From Octopus bimaculoides (lineage: Eukaryota): a stretch of 33,693 nt of DNA. The notes below the pieces were generated by a model. That model was not told the origin of the DNA. It made no database searches and saw only the letters and a list, made by a program, of their open reading frames with translations. Positions within the stretch are counted from its first letter, which is position 1. Each line of letters opens with the position of its first letter. The position numbers and the translations under genes are program-made. This document shows positions 1 to 11,349 of the stretch, piece after piece. The stretch spans positions 106,424,768-106,458,460 of the forward strand of contig NC_068983.1 in assembly GCF_001194135.2 (NCBI RefSeq), written 5' to 3'.

Positions 1-23
1 TATATATATATATATATATATAT
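1..23. repeat. (TA)n microsatellite
   Basis: Direct reading. Confidence 0.95.
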
Positions 24-204
24 CAGTGGTGACTCCGGCACTTGGGCTGTTCGGGCTTACCCCGAGTATAAATTTAGTAAAGTTTAGTAAAGTGAACATG
101 TATTTGCAAGCTGATTTAATTTCTGCCAACAGTGACTTCAAGTATGTAATTGTAGCCAATGACTTGGGCTCCTTTTATTGAGCCTGGTTGCAGTTCATTT
201 ATTT

Positions 205-238
205 TCATTCAGCATCTGGAGGTCGTCTTAGAGGTGCC
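205..238 (-). CDS. Candidate terminal coding exon of an unidentified minus-strand host gene (..APLRRPPDAE*)
   Basis: Minus strand: acceptor gatattttttgacacag| at 239, then g gca cct cta aga cga cct cca gat gct gaa tga; AATAAA at 198-203 and 174-179. Phase-compatible with the 4902-4956 candidate. No homology recognised. Confidence 0.3.
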
Positions 239-841
239 CTGTGTCAAAAAATATCATTCGTAGCTGATGTTCTCATGATATTGTTTACATGTACCTGACT
301 CAGGCTCTGTTACAGCCCAAGTTGTTATCTATAACCGTAAAAATTAAGAGTAATTAAAATTCAATGTTTTCTTGAAACAATAAATTTGTATAAAGATTAG
401 GATTTAAATTCCAATTTAAGAAATGTTTCCGTTTTACAATATTCTTAAAGGAACGAAAATGATCCAGCAACTCAGGCTAATACAAACAAGCCTGGTAGGT
501 GTAAAATACTAACTGGTATCTCTTGTCAAGAGTACAGGCGACAGTCAGATTAGTGATGTTTGGTGTGCACTCCGCCATCGTTGTTTGAGTGTTGTTATTC
601 TGTGTGTCTCTGTGTAAAGACCAGTTGTGTTTTGCAGGGCTGCTTTATTTTTACCCTTAAGTTAGAAATGGAGAAAGACATAGTGCTAGACATACAAAAT
701 AAGCCATTTGGGCCTAGAAATAAAGTGGAAAAATGCAAAATTCATTGAGCAGGCATGTGTCTAATGTGAAATGTGCTATGAACCAGAGTGACGAAATCTG
801 TGCTGAGCCCGAGTGATGCTGATGACCTGGAGTTGCCTCTG

Positions 842-952
842 ATATATATGTGTGTGTGTGTGTGTTTGTGTATGTATATGTGTATGTGTGTGTTTGTATG
901 TATGTTTGTATGTATATATAAAGATATGCGCACACACACACACACACGCACA
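842..952. repeat. Compound (TG)n/(TATG)n/(CA)n microsatellite
   Basis: Direct reading; explains the CV/HT-rich ORFs in the track. Confidence 0.9.
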
Positions 953-1192
953 TATTACTATTAAATACACACGGTTGAAAATGACTGTTTTTGCAATATT
1001 GTCAAACAAAACTATGGATCTTAGAGACAAACATCATTAATGTTATGGTTAAAATCAGCTTTAATTGTAAAACAATTTACTGTTCCTGTCTTCACTATGA
1101 TATTCTAAATCAAATTAATTTAAAGACAAAATTGATTTGTATGTATGTATGTATGTACATACATACAAACATACATACATGCATACATATGT

Positions 1193-1645
1193 AAAATAGC
1201 ATAACAAGCTGGATATTGTTGTTTGGGACAGACGAGAAAAAGTATGTAACATCATAGAGGTCAGCTGCCCTGCAGATATAAATATCTCTGAAAATCAAAG
1301 AAAAAGAGGATATCTATGGACAACTGCTTTGAAACCTCCGGCTTCTATTTCCAGACTATGAATTCATATTCATACCAATAATAATTGGAGCACTAGGTTT
1401 TGTTAGTAAATGCTTAAAGGAGAATCTGGATAAACTAGGATTTTCAGAAAGAGAAATCGACCAGCTAATTCATACATTACAAGTGCAATCTGTGAGTGGA
1501 ACTGTAAAAATATGTAAGATTTTTCTCAAGTTCCAAATGTGAATTTGTCTGTATTAACTACATCCCCAAGACAGAGCCTTGTATCTTTGTTGGAAACAGG
1601 CTCCCTCCTCAGTGGAAGATTTCTGAGAATTAAAAAATAGAAGAG
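1193..1645 (+). mobile_element. R4/Dong-type non-LTR retrotransposon, 5'-truncated (restriction-like endonuclease + 3' UTR)
   Basis: With one frameshift reads HNKLDIVVWDRREKVCNIIEVSCPADINIS/KIKEKEDIYGQLL*NLRLLFPDYEFIFIPIIIGALG...KICKIFLKFQM*, the PD..D/E..K RLE signature of R4-clade elements. Confidence 0.85.
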
Positions 1646-1901
1646 ACATACATACATGCATACATACATACATACATACATGCATAAATACATAAATACA
1701 CACAAACATACATACATACATACATTCATACATACATACATACATTCATACATACATTCCTAAGAATACATACATATATACATAAATACATAAATACACA
1801 CAAACATACATACATACATTCATACATACATACATACACACACACATACATACATACATACATACATACATACATACATACATACATACATTCCTAAGAA
1901 T
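1645..1901. repeat. Compound (TACA)n tract with an internal tandem duplication
   Basis: catacattcctaagaata occurs near 1752 and 1886; taaatacataaatacacacaaacatac occurs near 1686 and 1783. Confidence 0.85.
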
Positions 1902-3240
1902 ATTATGATAGACTTAGAAAAATATGACAACTCTCTTTTTAGAACAAAATATTCCGCAATGCATTCATATTACCAATGCTGATTCCAACATTTGGGATAC
2001 TTGACTGGTCTGTAGAAGAGATCCACTCCATGGATGTTAAAACTCACAAGATGCTGATATCAACTGGAAATCTCCACAGAAATAGCAAGAAGAGATAAAG
2101 GAGGTAGAGGCTTGTGATCAGTGCAGACAGCCTTTGAATATCATACAGTCTCTCCCTGACACCACTTGCTAGCACCGAAAACAAATACATTAACTCAGTA
2201 CTGAAAAGTGAAGCAAACATGTTGGCAGTGAGCTCCTTTGGAAGCACTCACTTCCTACTGAACCTCCTATACAACTCCAAAACAGCTGGACCAACAAAGA
2301 AGACTTGGATGCGAAACACAGAATACCTAAAACAAGACCATACATAGGTGTGTTTCTTGAAGGTTTGAAGAAGGCAGTTATATTGACATAAAGTGAAACC
2401 TCATTTGGACTTGTGACTGTTACATCACATCACACTTTGAAGGCTATGCATTTGCAATCCAAGAACAGGAGGTTGCTACGAAATACCTAATCAACAAAAG
2501 AGACAATGATTGGAGATCTGAGATGCAACCAAAAATGTAGATTATGTCATATTTCTGTGGAAGACATCATACTTGTGATTAGTAGCTGTCCAAAAATTTA
2601 GTCAAGGTGTTACCTGTTTCCCTATGTAACAATGTTGTCACAAAAACAATATACAATGCCATTCAGAAAAAAGACTGTTCTGAAATAAATATAAAGAAGC
2701 CCCCTATTATTGAATAGAGGGATTCAATAATCCCCCTATTCAACAAACATCAGCACAAAGAATACTGGTGGAACCTTCCCTTCAAAACGTTTGTCAAATG
2801 TAAACATAAAAGGCTGGATATTGTTGTTTGGGACAGACAAGAAAAAATATGTACTGTCATAGAGGTCAGCTGTTCTGCTGATGTGAATATCTCTTTAAAA
2901 ATCAAAGAGAAAGAGGATTACTATGAACAACAACGTCAAAACCTTCAACTTCTATATCCAAATTATAAATTCACATTTATACCAATAATAATTGGTGCAG
3001 CTGGTTCTGTGAATAAAATGCTTAAGTGACAATCTGGATAAGCTAGGGTTTTCAGAAAAATAAATCAACCAACTCACTCGCACATTACAAATACAACCTG
3101 TAAGTGGAGCAGTAAAAATATGCAAGTTTAAAATGTGACATTCTTTTTGTTATCTATATTCCAAAGATGGAGCTTTGTATCTTTGTTAGAAACCAACTCC
3201 TTCTTCAGAGGAATAATCTATAACAATTAAAAACAGACGT
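1895..3240 (+). mobile_element. R4/Dong-type non-LTR retrotransposon, decayed (RT thumb, CCHC knuckle, RLE, 3' UTR)
   Basis: Fragments PTFGILDWSVEEIHSMDVKTHKML..GGRGL; FEGYAFAIQEQEVATKYL; KCRLCHISVEDII.VISSCPK; EYWWNLPFKTFVKCKHKRLDIVVWDRQE. 2810-3130 aligns with 1205-1540. Confidence 0.85.
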
Positions 3241-3255
3241 GAACATACATAAATG

Positions 3256-3286
<31 letters not shown>

Positions 3287-3587
3287 TTGTGTGTATATGT
3301 ATATATGTTTAGGTATTATCTATACATACAAATGTACATTACTAGGCTAACAATAGAACAGACGGGTACACACAAGCAAACACACACACACACACACACA
3401 TGTGCACACACAGTCAAACACACACACATACATACATACACAGAGACATTTCTACATGACTGTTTAGTATTTTAGTATGTGCAGCTAGATAGTAGAGACT
3501 AGTAAACTGTTGTGATGCACAAATGTTTAAAGAGATGAAATTAGCACAAAATATGAAATATATGTATTTCGAGAAGGTGGTTCACAC

Positions 3588-3700
3588 ATCATCATCATCT
3601 TTATGTCCACTTTTCTATGCTTGCATGGGTTAGACTAGATTTCTTGAGGAGGATTTTCTACAGCCAGGTGCCCTCCCTGCCATCAGTCCTCTCCTGTTAA
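3588..3700 (-). mobile_element. Diverged RTE-type LINE 3' UTR fragment with (GAT)n tail
   Basis: catcatcatc..tccacttttctatgcttgcatgggttagac matches the better copy at 25060-25335. Confidence 0.6.
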
Positions 3701-3921
3701 ATATCAGTGTGGTCTCTTCAAAAACTTTTGTAAATTCCATTCTCCAGATTTCTCACAAGGTATTCTGTAGCATACTGAAGGTCACATGGCTCCTCTCATA
3801 TCTTATACTTTAGCCGCTTTGATATTTTACCTAGAGTCTATGTTATTAACATTTTACTGATAAGAAAGTCTTATATTAGACTTTATATGTAATCTTTTTT
3901 GAATTCTTTGTCTGATCATTA

Positions 3922-3932
3922 ACATACATACA

Positions 3933-4002
<70 letters not shown>
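3922..4002. repeat. (CATA)n-(TA)n microsatellite
   Basis: Direct reading. Confidence 0.95.
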
Positions 4003-4003
<1 letters not shown>

Positions 4004-4329
4004 TCACACATACGAAATTGACATGCCATAAAGGAAAACCACCAGCTCATTGACTTGAGATAAGAAAATAGTAGTGGACACATGCTTCTGGCTGTGTGTA
4101 TATGTACAACAATTGTCCAACTTTATCTCCAGTAGCCAAAAGACCTGGACTTATACAAAAAAGAGATTTGTCTACACACACACACACGCACACACACACA
4201 AGTGTATATGTGTGTGATTATGTGTGTGGGTGTCTATGTGAGAGTGTCTGTCTGTGGGTGTACATGTGGGTGTACATGTGTGTGTATGTATATTGGTGTT
4301 CTGGGCACACATAAATAGCTTGTCAGGAA

Positions 4330-4800
4330 AAAGTTTAAGTCATCACTATTTAGTATTTGCTTTCCATGCTGGCATGGGTTAGACAGTTTGACTGGAACTA
4401 GTAAGCTGGAGAGCTGCACCAAGTTCCAGTCTGATTTGGCATAGTTTCTACAGCTAGATGCCCTTCCTAACTCCAACCACACCAAGAGTATAATGGGTGC
4501 TTTTTATGTGTCGTTGGCACAGATGCTTTTATGTGCCACCAGCATGGGTGCCAGTTACATGACACTGGCATCGGCCATGACTATGATTTCACTTGGTTTG
4601 ACAAGTTTTCTCAAGCACGGCATATTGCCAAAGGTCTAGGTCACTTGTCATTGCCTCTGTGAGGCCCAATGTTTGAAGATCATGCTTCACCACCTTGTCC
4701 CATGTCTTCCTGGGTCTGCCTTTTCCACAGGTTCCCTCCACAGTTAGAGATCAGCACTTCTTTACACAGCTACCCTCATCCATATGCATCACATGGCCTC
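4330..4800 (-). mobile_element. RTE-clade LINE 3' end (ORF C-terminus + 3' UTR)
   Basis: Minus strand 4800-4600 reads DEGSCVKKC*SLTVEGTCGKGRPRKTWDKVVKHDLQTLGLTEAMTSDLDLWQYAVLEK (RTE GRPRK/W tail), followed by the UTR shared with 25060-25335. Confidence 0.8.
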
Positions 4801-4901
4801 TCATGCCCAACAAGACACTTACACTCTGTTGTACATGCACACTGACATTGTACAATCTACTAAATTATCGAGGTCGATCTGACCACAAATCATTTTCTTA
4901 C

Positions 4902-4956
4902 CAGTAGACAATAAGCAACTCCTTGATAGATATATCCCAGACAAATGCTGCCACAT
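4902..4956 (-). CDS. Candidate host-gene exon (DVAAFVWDISIKELLIVY/W; the alternative acceptor at 4960 gives ERCGSICLGYIYQGVAYCLL)
   Basis: Donor ctactg|gtaaga at 4901; weak acceptor preceded by CTAAC; about 76-80 nt intron to the 5037-5094 candidate. Confidence 0.3.
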
Positions 4957-5036
4957 CTTTCTTTATTGTTAGAAGTAGGGATAATTGGGTCACTCGAGGT
5001 CACTTATTCCTTCCCCCTTGTAAAAACCCTACTAAC

Positions 5037-5094
5037 CTCTAAATTTCTCAGACTTGATTACATGTACATTATTTTGGTAAATCCATTCTGTCAA
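5037..5094 (-). CDS. Candidate host-gene exon (LTEWIYQNNVHVIKSEKFR)
   Basis: Acceptor ctcttactatttcag|, donor ag|gttagt; 58 nt, open in phase 0 to 1. Confidence 0.45.
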
Positions 5095-5576
5095 CTGAAA
5101 TAGTAAGAGAATCAGTAAAAATGTTTTGCTCCGTGGGTTTTAAAATATGTTAAATCATTTGGAATGTCCTTGATTGTAAAGTTCATGTATTCATCTGAAG
5201 AAAACGGTTTCTTTATAATGCTATAATGAATTAATTAAGGATGTTGTTAGAAATGACTGTAATGAATTGACACCTGTCCTTCAATTGTTACTTATTTATA
5301 TTTTATTCACCTATCTTGGAACATGCAAATTCTGAAGTATATTATGGACTGTATATTTAATAAAATGTACATGTGTGAAAAGCTCAAGAGCAGATTATAT
5401 ACTGAGCTGGGTCAAATTGTCTGCATACAATACAGGAATATCATTCTGCTGGTACTTCTGTACCAAAGTTGATACTTACATAATATTGTTGTGTGTGTAT
5501 ATTATTCTGACCTAATGAGGTGCCTCAACTTAATTACCTAATTCAACTGAATCTTACTAATATATATATATATATA

Positions 5577-5792
5577 TCTCTTTTACTCTTTTACTTATTT
5601 CAGTCATTTGACTGTGGCCATGCTGGAGCACCGCCTTTAGTCAAGCAAATCGACCTCAGGACTTATTCTTTGGAAGCCTAGTACTTATTCTATCGGTCTC
5701 TTTTGCTGAACCGCTAAGTTACGGGGACGTAAACATACCACCATTGGTTGTCAAGCGGGGAGGGGGGGACAAACACAGACACACAAACATAT

Positions 5793-5853
<61 letters not shown>

Positions 5854-6018
5854 TACGACAGGCTTCTTTCAGTTTCCGTCTACCAAATCCACTCACAAGG
5901 CTTTGGTCGGCCCGAGGCTATAGTAGAAGATACTTGCCCAAGGTGCCACGCAGTGGGAATGAACCCGGAACCATGTGGTTGGTAGGCAAGCTACTTACCA
6001 CACAGCCACTCCTGCGCC
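5577..6018 (-). mobile_element. tRNA-derived SINE family A, full length with internal microsatellite
   Basis: Minus-strand head ggcgcaggagtggctgtgtggtaag with B-box-like ggttcattccc; body ccttgggcaag..gacggaaactgaaagaagcc; tail agtaaaagag. Near-identical to 28134-28538. Confidence 0.85.
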
Positions 6019-6028
6019 TATATATATA

Positions 6029-7233
6029 TAAAATATCACTAAAATTAATAATAATATCCTCAAAAATATATGTTAATACAACATTATCAAGGTTATACAA
6101 AATTAGTGAAATTCCAAATTAACGTCTGAAAAATTTTGGAATTAATAAGTATTAACAAAAAAAAAGCACCTAAATTGAATTCAACCTAAGACAAACTTTC
6201 ATTCAACTAGTAGTGACATCGTTGGATAACAAAATTGTTTTATAAATAAAAATAGAAATAAAAATAAAATAAAATAGAGATTTTAAATATTATTATATTG
6301 GTTCGTTTGTGACAATTTGGAAATCTGGATTTTATAATCATCCTAATTCCTTTAAGTATAGAAGAAAAAGTAATTTTACAAATTTTAGTAAATGCATTTG
6401 GGATTTAAAGGATACGAACATTAAGTATGGTTGAAAGTGGTCCCTCATTAGTTATACACCATTGTACAATATTGGTAAGTCTACATGTATGCCTTGAAGA
6501 AATGTATTATATGATTACTTCTAAATTAATTTTATTGAATTTTAATGGCCACTTTACAGTAAGATGTTGCCTTAAATTTAGAAAGACATTCAAGTATTTC
6601 AATTATTAATTATAATAATTTTTCAATTATTATGTAATAAGGTTAATTCTTCTTATAAAAGGTTTAATATAATGAGTAAAAAGATAATGAATTATTGTGA
6701 TGTAAAATATCTAAGTTTCTATTAAGCATAACTGTGGTGTTATCCTCCATCACACCACAATAACATAGAATTCTTATCTTAAGTTTTTTTCCTTAGTTTC
6801 CAATGATGTCATCAATAATTGTATACAAAAATACTCTTCTTTAGGTTATTATTCTTTTTGTTTATTTTTCTATGTAGATTTCTAATTGTCATAATGTAGA
6901 ATTCTTGTTTGTTTTTTTATTTATATTTTGACTTCATCATTTACTGACGTCACCAATAGTGGAATGACTTTTCTTAAATATGTTTATTTTTGATTTTATT
7001 TTTTACTTTTATTTATATTTATAAAACAATTTTGTTATCCAATGACATCACTACTAGTTGAATGAAGGAATGTCTTAGGTTGAATTCAATTTAGGTGCTT
7101 CTTTTTGTTAGTGTTTATTAACTGCTAATTTTTTCAGCTGTTCATTTGGAATTTCGCTAATATTGGATAACCTTGATAATGTTGTATTAACATATATTTT
7201 TGAGGATATTATTATTAATTTTTATGATATTTT
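6029..7233 (+). mobile_element. Penelope-like element remnant with ~220-bp inverted arms
   Basis: 6320-6610 reads FYNHPNSFKYRRKSNFTNFSKCIWDLKDTNIKYG*KWSLISYTPLYNIGKSTC/CLEEMYYMITSKLILLN (PLE GIY-YIG C-terminal half). 6030-6248 is the reverse complement of 7016-7233. Confidence 0.7.
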
Positions 7234-7239
7234 CTATAT

Positions 7240-7316
7240 CTATCTATCTGTCTTTCTGTCTGTCTTATCTATCTATATACATACATATATATGTACATGT
7301 ATGTGTATATGTGTGG

Positions 7317-7383
<67 letters not shown>
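7240..7383. repeat. Compound (TCTA)/(TA)n microsatellite
   Basis: Direct reading. Confidence 0.95.
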
Positions 7384-7384
<1 letters not shown>

Positions 7385-7386
<2 letters not shown>

Positions 7387-8035
7387 GAAAGCCATGCATC
7401 CATTTCCAAGTAAGTTTATCTTAACCTTTTAGATGCGATTCTACTCTATATTGTTTTCTCCCCCATGCTTCTCTAATTCTTTTTTTCTCTCCTTCACTGT
7501 TTTCTACCAGTCTCTCTCTCTCCCCCCTTCTTTCTCTTTTTCTCTTTCTCATTGCTCACATGTGACCATCATCCATCTTCTTTTTTCTCACATGACCATC
7601 TTTCTTTTCCTGCATGACGTTCTAAGGACTGGATGTCTGCTATCTCTTTCTTCTATCTTTTCTCTTTTTCAAAGAAAATATTTCTCCCAGTGTTCACTAT
7701 TTTCTTTTCATTCTGGTCTAATGACCCTCCATGTTTGTTTTTGTTCAGTTTCCTTGTATATCTCCACCGTCCTGTTTTTGTTCCCAACTTTGACCCTCCA
7801 TAAATCCAAAATTTTATTTTGGAATTTACGGGAGCAACTGTCTTTGAAGATTGATTTTGTCGTTGAATGCTCAAAATGAGGAGTAGATAGTCAGCTGACA
7901 ACTGATGAAGGGTCGTTCTTTGTGTTACTTGTCCTGTTTTCCATTTTTTCTCTCGCTGCTTGCGTATTTAATTTGTTTGTTTTCATACTTCATGTTGTTT
8001 ACACATTTGGTGACGTCCTGTACCCATATATGCAT
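7385..8035 (+). mobile_element. Pyrimidine-rich interspersed repeat, probably the 3' terminal repeat of a PLE family
   Basis: Homologous to 11350-11990 (minus). Begins gaaagccatgcatccatttccaagtaagttt (C.H-type PLE ORF end), contains ctgatgaagggtcg near its end, ends in a TA tract. Family assignment is inference. Confidence 0.5.
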
Positions 8036-8041
8036 ATACAT

Positions 8042-8085
<44 letters not shown>

Positions 8086-8107
8086 ATATTATTTATATTA
8101 TATAAGT

Positions 8108-8430
8108 GAAGGCACATAGCTTAGTGGTTAGGGCATTTGGCTCATGGTTGTAAGGTTGTGAGTTCAATTCCCAGCAACGTGTTGTGTCCTTGAGCAAGAC
8201 ACTTTATTTCACATTGCTCCAGTCCACTCAGGTAACAAAAATGAGTAGTACCTGTATTTCAAAGGGCCAGCCTTGTCACACTCTGTGTCATGCTGAGTCT
8301 CCCTGAGAACTACCTTAAGGATACACCATGTTTGTGGAATGCTCAGGCACTTGTACATTAATTTCATGAGCAAGCTGTTCCATTGATTGTATCAGCTGGG
8401 GCCCTCGTCGTTGTAACTGTTGGAGTGCTC
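8108..8430 (+). mobile_element. tRNA-derived SINE family B
   Basis: A-box-like agcttagtggttag, B-box-like gagttcaattcc, core gtgtccttgagcaagacactt, body ccttgtcacactctgtgtc..gagaactac shared with the 20425, 21085, 24895 and 27838 copies. Confidence 0.85.
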
Positions 8431-8632
8431 CTATATTTTATATATATGTGAGTGTGTGTGTATGTGTGTGTTAATTGCAACTGAAACACTTGTTGGTTTT
8501 ACAAGGTGAGATGATCTAAAATAAAGATATGATTTTCTTCATACATATCTTTTGTTGTTATATTTTGTGCATGTGTATGTGTGTGTGTGCATAGATACAT
8601 AAAGATATATACAGATACATATGACTATATAT

Positions 8633-8772
8633 NNNNNNNNNNNNNNNNNNNNNNNNNNNNNNNNNNNNNNNNNNNNNNNNNNNNNNNNNNNNNNNNNNNN
8701 NNNNNNNNNNNNNNNNNNNNNNNNNNNNNNNNNNNNNNNNNNNNNNNNNNNNNNNNNNNNNNNNNNNNNNNN
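8633..8772. other. Assembly gap (140 N) inside a TA microsatellite
   Basis: N run. Confidence 1.
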
Positions 8773-8822
<50 letters not shown>

Positions 8823-8829
8823 TTACATA

Positions 8830-8910
8830 TAGCTTGCCAGCCCTCAGTCAAACCATCCAACCCATGCCAGCATGGAAAGCGGACATTAAACGATGATGAC
8901 GACGATGATG
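8830..8910 (+). mobile_element. RTE-type LINE extreme 3' end with (GAT/GAC)n tail
   Basis: cttgccagccctcagtcaaaccatccaacccatgccagcatggaaagcggacattaaacgatgatg. Confidence 0.8.
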
Positions 8911-9129
8911 AGAGTATTAAAAATACAGAATGCTAAGAAGAGAATACATAGTTTCTTAATTTGACAGCTGTTTCAGGAAGCTCAGAATTATGTAATAATC
9001 ATAATGTCCATAATTTGCAGATGGAATGTGCAAAAAGTCTTGGATATGCAACCAGTAAGTAGTCATACAAAGATATTACAATTAGTCTGGCTTTCTTCAT
9101 CTGGAGAAAATTGACAAAAGCAGTTCATA

Positions 9130-10480
9130 TGGTAGTGCAAGAAATTTAAAGGGCGAAAGAAGAGAAGAGGAAGAATAAGAGCAAAAGGCCAGGAGGGGAG
9201 GATATAAATGGTGTATGAAGGGGGAGCAGAGGTAGAGACAATTGCAAGGAAAGGAGAAGAAGGTAGATTTCTATGATATCGGGGTGGTGGTGAATATAGG
9301 TAGAATAGGTGAATCAGAGAGGGGAGGGAAGAAAATAAAGAATAAAGTCAAGGATAGTGTGATGAAAGAAAGCACTGCTGGTGGCTGGGAATTTCACTAA
9401 GCAGATTTTAAATCAGTTAGGGATGGTAGCTGGCTATACAGAGAGACAGGAAAACACAAACAATGAACTAAAGGAATAGGGGTGGGGGTAATAGAGGAGG
9501 AATATATATTGAAATGGGGGAGAAGTACAAGAAGAGTAGTGAAAGAAAATACTGCTAGCATAGCTAAGCAATAAGTAAGGGCTTAATCATTTGGAGAAAC
9601 CATAAGAACTTTACATAATGAGTAAAAGTGGAATAAAATTTGTGCTTACGCAAGATTACATCAGAGAAACTATTGAGTAATGGGAGTTATGGTGGTGAAA
9701 GATAGCGAGCAATTCCCTGCAACACAACTTACAAACATGCTGGTAAATATTGTATGGGAAAGTCCTACAAACTATGGACCAGTGTAAGGTGTAGAGAATA
9801 TTCTGGGACTTGAGGTGGTACATGTCTGTAGCTAGGGAGGTAGAGAGTCTAGAGGCTTCATTTGAAAACCAGTTCATGCAAGACTGGTTGTGGTATTTGA
9901 AATCAACAGTGCCACCAATGTAGACCTTGGCTTGGTGGGAATGTGGGGTTATTGGCTGACATTTATATATGACACTATAGCGTAAACAAAAATCATCCAA
10001 CAGACTTCGTTGGGAGACCTGACAATTACAGGTTTTCCCACTAGCAGTGGGCTTAGGATTAATTCCTATTCTGATGTCACTCATATGATCCATTATTCTC
10101 AAAGTAGGACAGGAGGTGTCATTGTTACTAGTATGGGGCCAGGATGAGTGTCACCACTGTCACATGTGGCACAGTTATTAGTAGTAGGGGCTGTAGTACC
10201 TAGGTTGGTATTAGTGAAATAGGTAGGGTTCCTGAGACTTATAGAATTAGTATCTGGTGGGTTAGAGTGAGATCCAGGGCAATAGTTTGTAGGGCTTACA
10301 GTAAGGCGGTTTATTTTGCACCTAATGGAAGAGGCAATTATAGATCCCAAGTTTGGTGTTGTAGTGTATGAGCTTTTAATCAAAGATTTATTAGAGACAA
10401 GGTAGTATTATGGTGTGGTAGAAAATTAGAACTTAGGATTTTGAAAAATAGCTAATATTAGATCTCTGTAACAGAATGCA
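9130..10480 (-). mobile_element. Penelope-like element, 5'-truncated (linker, Cys-rich motif, GIY-YIG endonuclease, pyrimidine-rich 3' UTR)
   Basis: ORF 10099-10383 IKSSYTTTPNLGSIIASS (PLE linker); ORF 9656-10102 KTCNCQVSQRSLLDDFCLRYSVIYKC..KVYIGGT..STSLATDMYHLKSQNILYTLHWSIV..VCKLCCRE (GIY-YIG of PLEs). Confidence 0.85.
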
Positions 10481-10504
10481 ATAAAGTGTTCCTCTGAGGA
10501 TCCA

Positions 10505-10775
10505 TTGTGATTATATGTCTGTGCACATGTTTGAATGTGGTGTGTGCCAGAGGGTTTGCAAATCCAATGGGGGTCTTAAAAGACATGTTAGGATCCACAA
10601 TGAGCAGAACTTACTTGCAGGTATTGGTAGTGCAAATCGGAGGTGCAATCTATGTGGGTGTTTTTTCAAAACACTGTCTGGTTTAAAAAGCCACATCAGA
10701 CGCCATGAAAGGGCTAAGGTGTAGGTGCAGGAGGTGGTCAAACTCTGTTTAAGGAGTGGACAACCACCATATATA
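10505..10775 (+). mobile_element. 3' end of a LINE (probably RTE-type) encoding two C2H2 zinc fingers
   Basis: ORF 10515-10724: FECGVCQRVCKSNGGLKRHVRIH and RCNLCGCFFKTLSGLKSHIRRH, then stop, a ~45-nt UTR (ggacaaccacc) and a TA tail. No splice acceptor or linker typical of a cellular ZNF. Confidence 0.6.
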
Positions 10776-10842
10776 AGAGACAAAGTGTACACACATATAT
10801 GTATGCATATATATATGTATATATATACACATACACACATAT

Positions 10843-10905
10843 ATATTAGCTTATATGGTACAGGGTGTCACAAACTGTAAATAACATGAATATGAAAACA
10901 AAAGA
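10843..10905 (-). repeat. 3' end of the 7385-family repeat, identical to 11350-11420
   Basis: attagcttatatggtacagggtgtcacaaactgtaaataacatgaatatgaaaacaaaaga is present on both sides of the gap. Confidence 0.85.
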
Positions 10906-11227
10906 NNNNNNNNNNNNNNNNNNNNNNNNNNNNNNNNNNNNNNNNNNNNNNNNNNNNNNNNNNNNNNNNNNNNNNNNNNNNNNNNNNNNNNNNNNNNNNN
11001 NNNNNNNNNNNNNNNNNNNNNNNNNNNNNNNNNNNNNNNNNNNNNNNNNNNNNNNNNNNNNNNNNNNNNNNNNNNNNNNNNNNNNNNNNNNNNNNNNNNN
11101 NNNNNNNNNNNNNNNNNNNNNNNNNNNNNNNNNNNNNNNNNNNNNNNNNNNNNNNNNNNNNNNNNNNNNNNNNNNNNNNNNNNNNNNNNNNNNNNNNNNN
11201 NNNNNNNNNNNNNNNNNNNNNNNNNNN
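10906..11227. other. Assembly gap (322 N)
   Basis: N run. Confidence 1.
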
Positions 11228-11349
11228 ATATATATATATATATATATATATAAACTTACTTGGAAATGGATGCGTGGCATTCAATCAAATAATAATATAA
11301 ATAATATATATATATATATGCATATATATATGTATATATATACACATAC

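Noticed and set aside
530-850. ccgccatcg (YY1-like) motif followed by short ORF MEKDIVLDIQNKPFGPRNKVEKCKIH
   Set aside because: Imperfect motif, 26-aa ORF, no convincing donor or homology; cannot support a promoter or gene.
5748-6122. Recurring peptide RQASFSFRLPNPLTRLWSARGYSRR (also 25494, 28315, 32868)
   Set aside because: Antisense translation of SINE A, not a protein family.
7433-7879. 148-aa hydrophobic ORF resembling a membrane protein
   Set aside because: Pyrimidine-rich repeat; the homologous copy at 11.35-12 kb is frameshifted.
7895-8035. CTGATGAAGGG in the 7385-family (also minus at about 11490) as a second hammerhead
   Set aside because: No GAAA with a closing helix II/III downstream; the upstream cgaaa does not give a type-II fold. 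Possibly a split or decayed core, unsupported.
9060-9115. CAGATGAAG on minus at the 3' end of the 9-10 kb PLE as a degenerate hammerhead
   Set aside because: Core U4 is mutated and no GAAA or helix III was found.
10515-10724. Cellular C2H2 zinc-finger gene
   Set aside because: No TGEKP-type linker or splice acceptor; short UTR and TA tail indicate a LINE 3' end.
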